64,000 nt of DNA, from assembly GCA_951406725.2 (NCBI GenBank), contig OX597815.1, positions 65,844,001-65,908,000 on the forward strand, read 5' to 3'. This document shows, piece after piece, positions 11,808 to 25,900 of this stretch. Origin of the DNA: Octopus vulgaris. Its lineage: Eukaryota. The translations under genes and the position numbers were made by a program. The first letter of the stretch is position 1, and every line of letters starts with the position of its first letter. The notes below the pieces were generated by a model. It was not told where the DNA came from. It did no database searches and worked only from the letters and a program-made list of their open reading frames with translations.

Positions 11808-12440
11808 AACTGAAAAAATGCATTGTAAATAAACAACGTCAGAAAAAAACCTATACATATATTGAGGGTACAACTGGACAGGAGACAGACACAGAAGGTC
11901 CTTAATTTTTCATCAGTTATTACTCCCCAAATGGTAATACTCAGTTTCGCATGTCAGGCAAAAAGCAAACAAAACAACACAAAGTGTCACACGAAAGTAA
12001 AAAAAATGTAATTCAAGACGATGGACAAAGACGAAATAAATAGGAGACAAGCAAAATACGGCCTAGAGTCAAAAAGACAAGAGTGGTAAGTAACGCTTAG
12101 AAGAAATCCTAAAGGATACGGAAATAGGAAGACAATGTCGTTGTTTGCTTGTCTCCTAGTTAGTTCATCTTTTGTCCATCATCTTCAATTACATTTATAA
12201 TTTCGTATGTCAACTCTGTATTGTTTTGTTTGCTTGAGGCCCGACATTCTCTGTGACTTTCGCAAGCACCACCAATGTGTGAAGTCCTTAGTCTTATCAT
12301 TAATGGTGTGAAACTAAGTATTTTAGTTGATAACTGATGAAGAATTAGGGACCATCTGTGTCTGTCTCTTGTCCGGTTGTACCCTCAATATTCGTAAACG
12401 TTTTTTGCTTGTCGTTGTTTATTTACAATGCATTTTTTCA
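11808..12440. mobile_element. About 630-bp foldback element between (TA)n tracts (Penelope pLTR-like)
   Basis: 11810-11950 is the inverted counterpart of 12308-12440, and 11963-12058 of 12141-12236. A related sequence lies at about 34330-34530. Confidence 0.65.
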
Positions 12441-12602
12441 TAGTAAATTTATATATATATATACATATACATATATATATACTCCTTCTGTATATATATA
12501 TACCCTTCTTTCCTTCCTTTCCTGAGCGTCCAATAACACTATACTTGTTCCACATCCTCGCGTTGTTGTGTTTTCTCTTAGTGTTTTCATGTTTGGATTA
12601 AC

Positions 12603-12636
<34 letters not shown>

Positions 12637-12819
12637 TGTATGTATGTATGTATGTATGTATGTATGTATGTATACACGTAGGAATATGTATATACGATTA
12701 TTTTGTTTTGTTTTGTTTTGTATTTGCTTGGCAAGACTCAATGTGAAATCGTGTGTTGGAAAAGATGTTGTTAGGACACGTACTATTTTAGTTATTTTAA
12801 TTATTAGTACTATTGTTAA

Positions 12820-13025
12820 GGCTGCGAGCTGAGAATATCGTTAACGCGTCAGACGAAAATATTTTGCGGTATTTGTTCCAACACTTTACATTCTAAGTTC
12901 AAATACTGCTGAAGTCAACCCTTCCTTTTACCCTCTCAAAATAGATAAAAATAAAGTACCAGTCGACTGGGATCGATGTAATTCTCACCACTTGTCAAAA
13001 TTTTTAGCCTTAAGCTAAAATTTGA
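12820..13025 (+). mobile_element. Meta-domain-like SINE, diverged
   Basis: GCGAGCTG..AATATCGTTA...AGTTCAAAT...ATAAAGTACCAG; same family as 47162-47370. Confidence 0.6.
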
Positions 13026-15629
13026 TAGAATTCTGAAGGAAGGGAATGGATTGGCGAATTAATGTGAAAAGTGGTTCCAACAGAAAATCGAAGTTGACTC
13101 GTGTATTCATATAAATCAGTTGATCTCAACATGTTCCAGCTCAGTACCACCTACACTGAATAGCATTTTACAAACTCTCCTCTTCTCACTTTTTGCAATT
13201 TCCACCATCACCGCCAAAAATAGTACCTCCATAACAACAGATCATTTTCATCCAACAGAAGTTAATTTTGCACAATAGTTTATTACCAATAACATATATC
13301 ATCACGTGCAGTATGTTTCACTTTTTGAATATTTGCATCTTAGTGCCTGCCCCTTATGTTAAATTTTTGTGGAAATTACAAAATAATGTGACGGAAGATA
13401 CAGAAAAACGTTGCCAGAAAAACAACAGATCTGCGTTTAGTATAAAAGTCCTGGGGCCGATTTCGACTGTCTGATATGTTTGCACAAGGATGGCGTTTGG
13501 AAGTTTAAGTCAAAGAATTGATAAAAGTTATAACTGACCAAGCCTACAGAGTGTACAACACAACACGATATAACTGATGAGTGTTTCGATAGCCTACAGA
13601 GCGTGGAGAGTGAGGGAGCGAGAAGAGGAGAGGGGGAGAGAAAGAAAAAGAGAGACGGAGACAGAGAGAGACAGACAGAGACAGACAGACAGACAGAAAG
13701 ACAGGAGGGAGAGAGAAAGAGAGTGCGAAGAGAAAAGGGCGTAGCCAAACTGACTTATCTTCCTCTAGATATTCTTTCTGAAGAAGAGTTTATTGAGAAC
13801 CCAATGAGTTATAAGAAACTTTTTTTAACAGATATAGCTTTCCACCGAGCTATAACTTTGATCAGCCAGTGTTATCCAACATATGGCAGCAGCTGCTTAA
13901 TAATTATGTTAGTCAGTATAATTAACAGTTACGTAGTCGGCATAATTAATAATTTTGTAATCAATATAATAAACAGTTTTACAATCGATGTAATTAATTC
14001 TGTAGATAATTAATTAATAATTGTATAGTTGATGTAATTAATAACTATGTAGTTGACATAATAAAAAGTTAGTATATTTGACCTTTTGCAGAGGAGATGG
14101 CTAAAAGCAATGACATATTTGGCAGTTGCCCGGTAGCCTCACGGATCTAGGAACCCAATTCTGATCAATAAATTCAGTAGTTTGTTGTCAATAAATGCAT
14201 ATTATAAAGCCCAGAGCATTGATTTGTCCGGGAGCCAATAACGGCCCTGAATAACTCGTTGACTAAACAAATGTAAAGGACAATATTTCTGAAGGGGTTG
14301 CGAGGATTGTCATGTTTAATAAAATTTAGATAATTTAGATATTTTTAAATTTGTCCAACACCAACGCGGAGAAAGAAGATAATAGAGGCAAACTCGATTT
14401 TGTTTTACAAAGAGGAGTAAAAAAATTGTCCAATATTTAGGCAGGGTAGGGTTGATTTTTATAAGGTTAAAAACAGGTGGTCTAAGAATATATTCCAGCA
14501 CACAAAGTTTCTTACAACTCTTCGAAAATAAAGATGCAAACCGGGAATTGGAATTTGGAGCCGAACTGTGAGTTCGTGCCACTTGGGCGATTTCCCCTTC
14601 TATTTGTGACCATCTGGGGTGGGGAGTCAGAAAAAAAATCAGAAGAATAATATTTTTCGTTGTTAGTATCCAACAGCAAAGTTGTAGAATGAAGTGTGAC
14701 TGACAGAATGTTTTTTTGTTTTTTGCTTTTTGGTTTCTTTTTATTTTTAGACTAAATGGTTCCAAGGTTGAGCCATTTCTCTTCAGCATTGTGTCTCCGG
14801 TAATTGAATCAAAGTCCATAATCCTTGTTTAGAACACAACTCAAAATTCAGTCAATCTCAATCGAGAACGACCTCAGAACTATCGGAAAAAAGAAAAACA
14901 CAGAATGAAGACGCTATTACGTGGTCGATTGTGTTGCGGGAAATAACAGCCAAATCTTTTTCAAATTACACCTTACTTTCTTCAAAAAGGACACTTAGGA
15001 AAATGTAGATAATCTGACAGATACAAAAAAGACGGAATGGTTGTGTACGGAATGTTTTTGGTACCAACTCGCCTGAAACCGCCTTTGGTTTTATGATACA
15101 AACTTCCTGTTTTGAAGTAATCTAGATTAAAAACTTGCATTAAAATTCCATTCTAATTTATTCCCAAATACCAGTTCAATAATGACTTAATTACTCTACT
15201 AAATTCTTCATTATTCTCAGAATTAATTTAAACAAAAGTCGAGAATTTTAATGGAAATATAGTAACAAACGGATTGAAGTAATCTAACTTAAAACCTTTT
15301 AAAATTTCATATTAATTTACATACCTAACACCAACTTAATGCTAACAAATTCTTCGTTAGTTTCAAAATCAATTGAAGCAAACAGTGTCTTTCGACGGAA
15401 ACATAATGACGGATGTCAAGCGTCGGAACAAATACCGCAAAACATTTTGTCCGACGCGCTAATGGTTCTGCCAGTTCACAGCCTTAATAATAACAATAAT
15501 GATTAAAGTAAATAGAAGACTATACGCCAAATAATAACATCAATACAAACGTCACGTGTTGATTTTTTTCTAATTTTACAGCCAAGTCAGATCATCATTG
15601 TCGTCGTCATCACTATCACCATCATCATT

Positions 15630-15698
<69 letters not shown>

Positions 15699-16187
15699 GC
15701 AATAACAACATCAAGAACATCGACAAAAATAAAAATATATAACAAAACAAGAGTAATCCCTTTCGTTTGTTGATACACTTCTACAGAGTTGTGGTGGATT
15801 GAAGCATGTTCATCCGAACTCTGCCCTTAACTCCTCTGGTATCTGTCTTATAGATTCCAGAAGGACGTTAGACAAAGTCAAAAAATAGTAGGACAAAACT
15901 AGACATTGCCTGATATTTTATTCTCACACTCTACTGCTGCTGCTGCTGTTGTTGTTGCTGCTACCGCTACTGCAGATGCTGATAATGCTAGTCCAAGAAG
16001 TAAGTGATGACTATGAGAACCACAAGAACAAACAACCCCCATGAAACATAAGAATTGTAAAAATTGGATCAGTTATGTCAACACTTTTTTCACCAACAAT
16101 CAAGTCTTAGTTCGTTGTTATCAAAGATGTCATTTGATAGTAAAACTATTTTACCCCCCAACTACTACTACCACCACCACCACCACC

Positions 16188-16254
<67 letters not shown>

Positions 16255-16579
16255 TCACCACGGTTGGTATCACGAACATCAAATTGTGAGCCAGCTTCTC
16301 TCAAGGCGCTAAGTATAGCAACTAAAGAACTCAAATTATAATTTACCGTCTAGAAAAATGAGATAATATATTGAATAACGCAATCTTAGATATACAATGC
16401 CAAAGATAAAGACAGGATTTTCACGGCTGGAAATCCTCTCGCTGGTTTGCTCCGTTATATAATGATCGCCGGCTTTATCACCGCCGCCGCCACCACTAGT
16501 AACGCACCCTCTCCGTCGACACCATCAACTTTTTACTACCACCAACCACCAGCTGTTGTTTGCGAAGCTCTAAGCTGGA

Positions 16580-16632
<53 letters not shown>

Positions 16633-17213
16633 TTCCCTGCCTCGGCTCTCGTCAGCCAACTGGAGAAATAAAGTACAAATTATGGTTCAAGGACGGCTTC
16701 TTTTTCTTCCTCACCCTCCACCCTGTGACCTCATTATTCCCACCATCACCACCATCACCACCGACACCACCACAACAGGCCTCCTGCCTTCCCTTCTTCT
16801 CCTCCTCCCTTTCTATACTTACGCTTCTATTCTCTAAGTGTTTACTGTTTCCCTTTCCTTCTAACTACAATCATATCCGCCTGCTCCCTTTGTCACTTCC
16901 TCTCTCTCTCACTCTCACTCTTTCTGTTTCTCTCCATCTCTCGCATACAGTTTATTCTCTTTTTCTTCTTGCTTGTTGGTGGTTCTGTTGTCAACATTTC
17001 TGTACATAGCTGGGATTGGCTCACGCCAATATACACGTGTGGGTATATCACATATGAGTGAGTGCGTGTGTGTGTATATATACACACACATACAATAAAC
17101 ATATATATATATACAATAAACATATATATATATACAATAAATATATATATAAATATATATATATATGCATATGATATGCGCATGTGTATATATGTGTGTG
17201 TTATTACATATGT

Positions 17214-17272
<59 letters not shown>

Positions 17273-17741
17273 TACATCTTTATGCGTTTGTACATCTGTG
17301 TGTGGGGGGAGTGTGTGCTCACGCGTTTAAAAGATGCGCTTGCTTTCTTGTTTTTGCACGTGTTTCAAACCAGACGACGTATCGTCGCCTGTTTAGCAAG
17401 TTAGATACTGCTTTTTTTCTGGAATTCACATTTGGGTAGTTGATATGAAACAAAGCTTTAAAGGTCATCTTACCTCTGACGTTTAGACTATCTTACACTA
17501 ATTACAATGATTTATTCAAAAATTATACGCAAGAAAAATAATTAGAAGACGGTAATTGAAAAAAAGGCTCTAACCAATTCGTAAGCATCATCTTAATACG
17601 AACCACATAGTGGTACGTACGGTATATATAAGGCGACGCCCAGAAATTCAGTTTAAAATGTATATCTTGGTCTAGATTCGTTGTACTTACTCAACAGTAA
17701 TTTTCACTAGACTATTTTGAGGATTCTGTTTGTTCCGAGCA

Positions 17742-18045
17742 CGTCTGTGTGGTTAAGAAGCTCCCTTTGCAACCACATGGCCTGGGGATCAGTTCCACTG
17801 CGTGGCATATTGAGCACATGACTGTTACTATAGCATCGGTTCGACCAATGCCTGGGAATAAATTTATTAGACGGAAACTGTGGATGCTAGTCCTGTATGT
17901 GTATGAGTGAGTGTGCGCGCGCACCTGAGAGAGAGGTTGAGTGTTTGCGTTTGTGCCTACCTCCTATCGCTTGACAAGCTGCGTTTGTTTGTTTACGTCC
18001 CTGTAATGTAGTGGTTCGGCAAAAAAGACCGATAGAATATTGCGT
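17742..18045 (+). mobile_element. tRNA-derived SINE (family of 46503-46880)
   Basis: TGTGTGGTTAAGAAGCT...CAACCACATGG...CCACTGCGTGGCA...AGACGGAAACTG...GGTTCGGCAAAA. Confidence 0.75.
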
Positions 18046-18099
18046 CGAGTCGAAAGTTTTTAAATATTCTCGTAATTTTCTTTACTTTATTCGTCAAGT

Positions 18100-18345
18100 A
18101 GCCATCCATGGTCCACTCCTTGCGCTCGTGACGCTTCACCAACGAAGATGAGGTGGAAGCTGCTGTGAAGGAGTTCTTCGCATTGAAGGTCAAGAACTGG
18201 TATCAGCGTGGGATCAAAGAACTAACTGAAAGGTGGCTTCAGACGGTGCAACACGATGGCCTTCGCTTTGAATGGTAGGCTGCTTTAATTGTAATTTGAC
18301 GAATGAAGCAAAACATTTACCAAAATATTGCAAAACTTTTAACTC
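18100..18345 (+). mobile_element. mariner transposase 3' end fragment
   Basis: Translates RFTNEDEVEAAVKEFFA.K.KNWYQRGIKELTERWLQTVQHDG.RFE, a typical mariner C-terminus. Confidence 0.8.
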
Positions 18346-18479
18346 ACCAAAATAACTAACAGACTTAAAATTAAACCCGGTAGTCATTCTAGGCTTAAAA
18401 CGAGATATATCTTAGAATCTGCAGGAATTATTATGAGGTTTATTTCTGTATTGTTCATGGCTAGACTGAGATTTAGTGG

Positions 18480-19350
18480 TAAGGCTTTCTTTTCTTGAGA
18501 TTTGCAGTGTCCGCATTTCGGGAGTGGACTGCCATATTCACATTAGTTGCCGTGTTTGAGGTATGATTCTTATGCGTACATGAGGTCTTTATGGAGAAGG
18601 TAGGGAGAAAATGTTAAAATGATGCTGTTTGCATCAGAACATATGTTAAGAGTCAGAGAATTTTTTTTTTTAATGTTGAGAAGGAAATGTTGATTTCTGT
18701 ATTCCAGAAAACCCAAAGACAGGGCTTATGAGGTGTCTAACCAGCACACCGGCCCGGGGCCCGGGCAGCTAATGGGGGACCCTTAGATAAATCAGAAACC
18801 CTCCTCGTATCCTCAGAGACCTGAATGCAGTTCCTGCTTTACTGGGGCTCTACTTAAAGACCACCTTAAAACTGATGAATATTCTAAGAACGTGGTACAT
18901 TGGTCAGTTTGTCGCATTTCCCAACCCATAATACATTAGGCGGTCTGAATCCAAGAAATTGGCTGATATAACCTTAAAATATGCATCAATCTATCCTGAA
19001 ATTTTATGCTCTTTAGAGTGAAAAGACAGACGCAAATGTAGCATTGACTCTTCCTGCAGGAATCTTAAAGAGCTGTCAAGATTCCGAAGTCCTGAATAGA
19101 AAAATAATATTAAAATCTGGTTAGTGTCCTCTTAAACGAGAAATACAGTTGAAACTTCGCAGGTTTTTTTGGTGCACGAAAACATCTACCTCTTGGATAC
19201 TTGGCTGCTTGTTTTGCTTACGTTGCTTTTGAAAACCAATCCCTTCCAGTTTGTGAGTTTTGGTGATTGACTACAGATGTTGTAAACTGTGTCCTTGGCA
19301 GCAGCATGACTTCTTGTAATCTGTTAAACCATCTAGATTAGCTTAATGGG
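18480..19350 (-). pseudogene. Possible highly decayed LINE (L1/Tx1-like) ORF2 C-terminal remnant
   Basis: Minus strand reads ...LPKCGHCKSQEKESL (C-x2-C zinc-knuckle-like) near 18480-18530; the rest is degenerate. Confidence 0.25.
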
Positions 19351-19568
19351 GTATTTATATATTTAGATCGTTTACATACATACATAATACATGAATGCAT
19401 GCATAAATACACACATGCATGCGCGTATACATACATAAATTCATAAATAAATGAATACATGCATGAACATTCCTATATATACATACATGCATATATATAT
19501 GCGTGTGTGTATACGTACATATGAATATGAATATGTGTGTGCATATATATATATATACATATATACAT

Positions 19569-19657
<89 letters not shown>

Positions 19658-20024
19658 TACTTGGAGGAGACGAAATGAAACGACGCGAGGGCGCTTATTC
19701 ATACGATAGTGTAATAAATAAAATATATGCATACATACATACATACATATATGTACGTACCTACATCTACATGTATATATACATGCATATATAAATATAT
19801 ATACGTGAGTACAGGACACCACAAATAGACATAGAACTCAACGAGAAACGAAAACGTAAAAAAAAACATGGAAACGGACCTTTTTTAACAACGAAAAAAC
19901 AGAGTACAAGACAAACTACACAAGGAAAATTCCCCTTCATCAGCTGTCCATAGTTCAACTCCAGCGTGTTTCGAAGGTGAGGACAGAACACGACTCGTCG
20001 AATGTATGTATGTATGTATGTATG

Positions 20025-20095
<71 letters not shown>

Positions 20096-20924
20096 GCACA
20101 CGTTTATGAATTTGTTTTGCAAGATTCCTGTGAAGTCGTATGTTGAAACAGATATTGTTGTTTTTCGGGACGGTCATTTCTTTCTTGCCAAATAAACACA
20201 CGCACTATATATATATACGTTCTTCACTCGTTTATTACTGTTCTTATTGTAACTCATGTCCATTATCCGAAATCCTATATCACACATCTGTAAATAAGAA
20301 CAGTAATAAACGAGAGAAGAACAAATATATAGTGCTTGTATCTATTTGGCCCAAAAAGATGACCATCCCGAAATACAATATATATATATATATATATATA
20401 CACGCACACACACAGAATGCACGAATGGATACATACATAATATATAGATACAAAGAAACATACATGCGGGCACGATTCACACACAAATACACTTACATAC
20501 GCACATATATACACATAAACACACATACACACTCACATACACATACACATACACATACACATACATACATACATACATACATACATGCATGCATACATAC
20601 ACACACACACACGTACATACATGCATGCATACATACATACATACATACATACATACATGCATGCATACATACATACATACATACATACATACATACATAC
20701 ATACATACATACATACACACATACATACATACATACATACATACATACATACATACATACATACATACATACATACATGTATACATACAACCACACACCA
20801 CGTCAAAGGACTATGAGCATTAAATAGAATAGTAACAGTATTTGACCATAGTTAAAGCGGAACATTCAACTACAAATTAATCAGCGTCAAACAGAAAAAA
20901 AATAATGAAAGAAAAATTAGTCGC

Positions 20925-21057
20925 AAGCGTGATTGTGTGGTGAAGAAGATGCTTGACCTCCACTGCGCAGCACCTTGGGCAAGCGTCTCCTTCTAAACTC
21001 CCGACAGACAAAAGCTTTGTGAGTAGATTGATTTGCTAGATAGAAACTGAAAGAAGC

Positions 21058-21142
<85 letters not shown>

Positions 21143-21320
21143 TGTGTGTGTGTGTGTGGGGGGGGGTGTTCGTGACGGGTTTCAATAATAGTTTCCGTCT
21201 ACGAAATTCACTTACAGAACATTGATCTGTTCGCAGCTATCGTAGAGGGCACTTGTTCAAGATGCCACTGAACCCGTAAGCACGTGGCTGGAGAGTGAGC
21301 TTCTTAACCACATAGCCATG
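20925..21320. mobile_element. Two SINE 5' halves in opposite orientation around (TG)n
   Basis: 20925-21060 (+) CACTGCGCAGCACCTTGGGCAAG...GAAACTGAAAGAAGCCCG. 21175-21320 (-) GTTTCCGTCTAC...CTTCTTAACCACATAGCCATGC. Confidence 0.7.
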
Positions 21321-22034
21321 CCCTGGTCCTGTTTCTACATAGCACGAAAAACTTGGCATGAGGGAAAGAAGTTTAATCAGGATGCAGTGTGGTGAAAAGA
21401 AACCATGTAAGTTTTATAGCTTTGTAAAAAAAAATGGAGTAGTCTATTTATGGCGATAATTCTTTCTAACTAAATTACATTGGATGGAAGTAATTAGTAT
21501 AATTTACCAAATAAATCTAAATAAAATACCGTAGTCCTAATATTCATTTCAAATTTTGGTACAAGGCCAGCAATTTCGAGTGAGGGGGTTAAGTTGACTA
21601 CATCGACCCCAAGACTCAACTGGTACTTATTTTTCGACCTCGAAAGACGAAAACAATGAAGTGTACTAACCAAAAGGTGAAACTTAATCCAGCAGAAGGA
21701 AAAGAGAGAGACAAAGAGACAGAGAGAGATATATTACAATTTATTAATTGAACACGATTAACATGAACACTTTCCCTTGCCTCATACACATAAAGAGAAA
21801 ACATAAACAGTGATAGAGAGAGGGAGGGGGAAGAAGAAGAAGAAGAAGAAGAAGAAGAAGAAGAAGAAGAAGAAGAAGAAGAAGAAGAAGAAAGGCAGGG
21901 AATCCATGGTCAAATAAGTCAACGTCGAATCTGTGATGCCACATAGATGTCACCAAAATAGCTGCCAAAACGTCTCATGTTTGAGACATGTCGATGTTCA
22001 TGTATGTATACATACATATATATATATATATATA

Positions 22035-22810
22035 TAGTGAGAATTTACAAAAACCCAAAAGACGAAGACCGGTGTGTAAACAACAAACAGATGTATTAGT
22101 TTGACACTCGAGAAGTGAGAAAGTCTTTTACGTTTCGAGCCTACGCTCGTCGATAGAAGGAAACACAGAAGTAAATAGGGAGAGAAAATAGAAAAAGGTG
22201 TACTGGCTAACGATCTATTATGGCGAATGCCGGACAGAGGGGTCATACAGGGAACTAGGAAGAAGGGAAGATAAAGTAGTGGTGATCCCAAAACGAAGGT
22301 GCACGTACGTGTGTATGTGAGAGCGTGTATGTGCATGTGCGTGCGAGTGGAAGGGGGCTGGTAACATTGACATGTGCATATGTGCATGTGTATGTGTGTG
22401 GTGTTGCGTGGTGGTGTGTGGTGTGGTGGTGTTGGGGTGTGGGGTAAGTGAGAGTGGAGTAAGCAAGGGTGAGTCTAAGGGATGGAATGGAATGGGATGT
22501 ATAGGGATGGTAGGGTTGGAATGGGTATGGGTGGGGTAACGAGGGAAGGGTGACGATGAAGGGAGAGGGTGGTAGGAGAGGAGAAAGGGAAGACGGTATC
22601 GAGGGGGAGAGGGGTAGGGAAGGACTTAGGGTAGTTGCATCGGGTGTGATGGAATAGAGAAGTGGGTGGAGTTTACGTTGTTTGGTGGGAGCGAGAAACT
22701 GATGAAAGAGATGATTTAAATCAATTATATAACGTAAAGTAATTTTAGTATGGGAGGGCGGGCGACTGAGAGGAGAAGATGGGAAAAGCCAGAGGGAGAA
22801 GGCGATCGAT
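22035..22810 (-). mobile_element. Penelope-like 3' remnant (pLTR with decayed minimal hammerhead at 22125-22160, C/T-rich UTR)
   Basis: Bounded by (TA)n. Homologous to 60305-60600 and 30455-30625. Minus strand CCTT CTATCGA C GAGC GTAG GCTC GAAAC GTA AAAG. Confidence 0.55.
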
Positions 22811-22853
22811 GATGTATGTATGTATGCCATCGCAAGGGGCTTTTCTTGCCATC

Positions 22854-22934
<81 letters not shown>

Positions 22935-23005
22935 TTCAGGTAACTGCCTGGAATCGAACTCGGAATCTTGGGGTTAGTAGCCCGTGCTCTTAACCACTAC
23001 GCCAA
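22935..23005 (-). mobile_element. Short tRNA-derived SINE/pseudogene with (TAC)n/(TAA)n tail
   Basis: Minus strand TGGCGTAGTGGTTAAGAGCACGGGCTACTAACCCCAAGATTCCGAGTTCGATTCCAGGCAG has A and B boxes but no proper acceptor stem. Confidence 0.65.
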
Positions 23006-24207
23006 AAGCCCATGGGCTAATATAGAACTGTATGTATGTATGTATGTATGTATGTATGTATGTATGTATGTATGTATGTATGTATGTATGGATGGATGGA
23101 TGGATGGATGGATGGATTGTGTGTGTGCTCGTGTGTATGTGTGTGTGTACGCGCGTGTGCGTGTGTGTGTGTTACGATAGTCGTGTATGATTTGAGGAAA
23201 ATTTGGCTGCTATTTCTAACTAATTAAACGGTCATATAGAGGCTGCATCACTGACTCTGTAACTTGCCAGTGATTTAGTAAAAGTGTATATGTATCGCCA
23301 ACAATGAATCAAAACTAGATTATAAACTTGTCTAGACAGATGACAAAACTAACAATGTAATGAAGGGCCTCTGTCGCTCATCAGCGACCTACCAGCTGTA
23401 TATCTACTGAAATACTAAATAAGGTCTTTTTTGAACGACTTATAGTCTCTCCTTTCTGCGCCTGTCATATTTATTCAAAGGAAAACTGCCAACTTTAGCC
23501 AATACAGCTTGGAACTAGTGATCTCACAGGAATTGCTGCCAGAATAAGAAGAACCAGAAAGGATATTGTAAGGAATTGTAAGGAATTTCTCCCAAAACTC
23601 TGACAGCTCCGCTGCCAATTCATCATTAAGATTAGGTCTTTTTTTCTTATCGACCCTGAAAATATAGAAGGCAAAGTTGGCCTCATGGGATTTGAACTAT
23701 GAATCTAACCAAACAACGCAATGGCTTCTATCCAGCCACTCTACCAAATCACAGTTTTCAGTATGTATAAGGAATATTTCAGTAAATTAAGCTAATCTTC
23801 GCGACAATAACGTGTTGTTAACAAATTATTTCACACACACATACATACAAAGTGGGTTGCTTATAAGTCAAATAAATTCCTGTTATTACCTCTTCACTGG
23901 TTTGTATTACTAACCAGTAGATTCGAGTGAATTCAGGTAACTGAGTTAAGATTGATAAAATGTTATGACGTAAACAACTCCAGAGTAGCATACATCCTGT
24001 TGGAGTGCATCTGCTAAAACGTTTAACATTTGCAGCAGCAGATTCTGTGGTTTACCTCGTTTTTGTTTATGTCCCTGGCACCGCTTCAATACACCGTTGG
24101 TGACATATTGTTTGTAGAGTGCAGAATACTAACGTAATTTGTGAAATGTGAGACTAATTTTCATTTTGTTGCTTCTTAGCTCTTACACGGAATGCTGATA
24201 TGAGATG

Positions 24208-24293
<86 letters not shown>

Positions 24294-25289
24294 CGTGTGT
24301 ATATATGTATATATAGTGCATAAGAGGAGGGAGAGAGAGAGACGACAATGGAACAATTTAAGCAAAAGCGGATGCTAAGTGTAGAGTTAACGTCATTATT
24401 GGAGACTGTTGTCTTCGCTGTCAACATTGCTCATCGCTGCTGCCGAATAATAAAAAATATTTCTTCACCGAAGCTTTAAAACATATGTTAGGTAAGCTGA
24501 AGTTATGCATTTCTATGCATGTGGGCTTCACGAATGCACTGGAGTTTACTATGTGAATCACCGATGTTCATATTGCAAATAGACTAACGAAGTGGTTTTT
24601 GAGTGTGATAATGTACCGATGCTTAAGTCATTATTGCGACTACGTTAATCTGTGCCGTTATCATCTGTTTCAGCCTAGCTTATTCACACCTTGCTGCATT
24701 TTTATCAACTTGGAGCAACAACATCTCAAGTACCTTCTCTAAACAACTGTAATTTCATTTACCTTCTGAAGTTGAATGATTTACGATGTGTCCTTCCTTC
24801 TGTAGTTCCTGTATCAGAGGACAAATATTTCAACAGCTCTGTCATTGTTATTCTTTACTTGTTCCTCCGTACATTATATTAAGAAACATGTTTGTTTCAT
24901 AAAAGCACTCATTGACACGTCCATTCCTCTTAAATACATTTCTGTTGTTTTGATATTTGCAACATTTTTAGTTACTTCACTAGAAACTATTTACATCCAT
25001 CCATCCATCCATCCACTCCTGGGAGGTACACCTCCATAGAGCCCTAGCAGAAGCGACTGTCATTACACTTTTGTGGAAACTACTTACATCTTAGCTATAC
25101 TGTAGCTGTTCACTGCACATCTGTTTAAATGTCGGCAAGTGGCCTGTACCACTGAGAAAGTCGGAGCAAGATCTTGGGTAACATTGATCTTCAAACATTT
25201 TGAATATACAATGGTTTTAAGGATAGGAGATAGATTTTTTTTCAAAGTTCTTGATAAACAAACCTGGCTCCTTAGCTAACATTAAAAAT

Positions 25290-25900
25290 GGCAATATCTG
25301 CGAGTGAGAAACCATAGGGCGTTTGGTGAAGAGAGGGACTCTGTTGGTCAAGGTTGCAACTCATCTGTACATCTATGTGCAGACCTTAACAGGGTACTAA
25401 AGACTGATAAACTATTCGCGCTGGTAGGCCGCGTCAGTTCCCGGGCTGTTACGCCTAGAGTACAGACGTTTAGTACGCGATTGTCGGATCTTCGTTTTCA
25501 GGCAATATGACGAAACGCATCGAGCAAAGATATTGTATCAAGTTCTGCCAAAAGATTAGTGATGATACTCAAGCTCAAACCATCTGGAAAATCCAGCCGG
25601 ACTTTGGCGATGACGTCACGGGCAAAACCCAGATCAAGGAGTGGTGCAGCCACTTCAGACATGGTCGCACCTCAGTAGAGAGCGAGGCATACTCAGGTAG
25701 GCCATCCACAAGCCGAAAGGAGGAACCGATTAAGAATGTTCGGAAAATAGTTATGGAAGACCGTTCACGAAGTGGGAATAAGCACAGGGCCAGTACATTC
25801 CATTTTAACGGAGAATTTGTACATGTGGAGAGTGCTGTCCCCGGCGCCTTGGGGAGGAAATTCATCCACAAGGTGCTAGCGGAGCAGCATAAGCAACTTA
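25290..25900 (+). mobile_element. mariner transposon 5' fragment (HTH region pseudogene)
   Basis: ORF 25507: MTKRIEQRYCIKFCQK...QIKEW..HFRHGRTSVESE..SGRPSTS...VRKIVMEDR, then frameshift. Confidence 0.88.

Noticed and set aside
14316-14819. 167-aa minus-strand ORF
   Set aside because: No recognisable domain; at most a decayed L1/Tx1-like remnant that I cannot support.
22935-23005. Functional tRNA gene
   Set aside because: No acceptor stem, irregular anticodon arm and a simple-repeat tail, so treated as a SINE.
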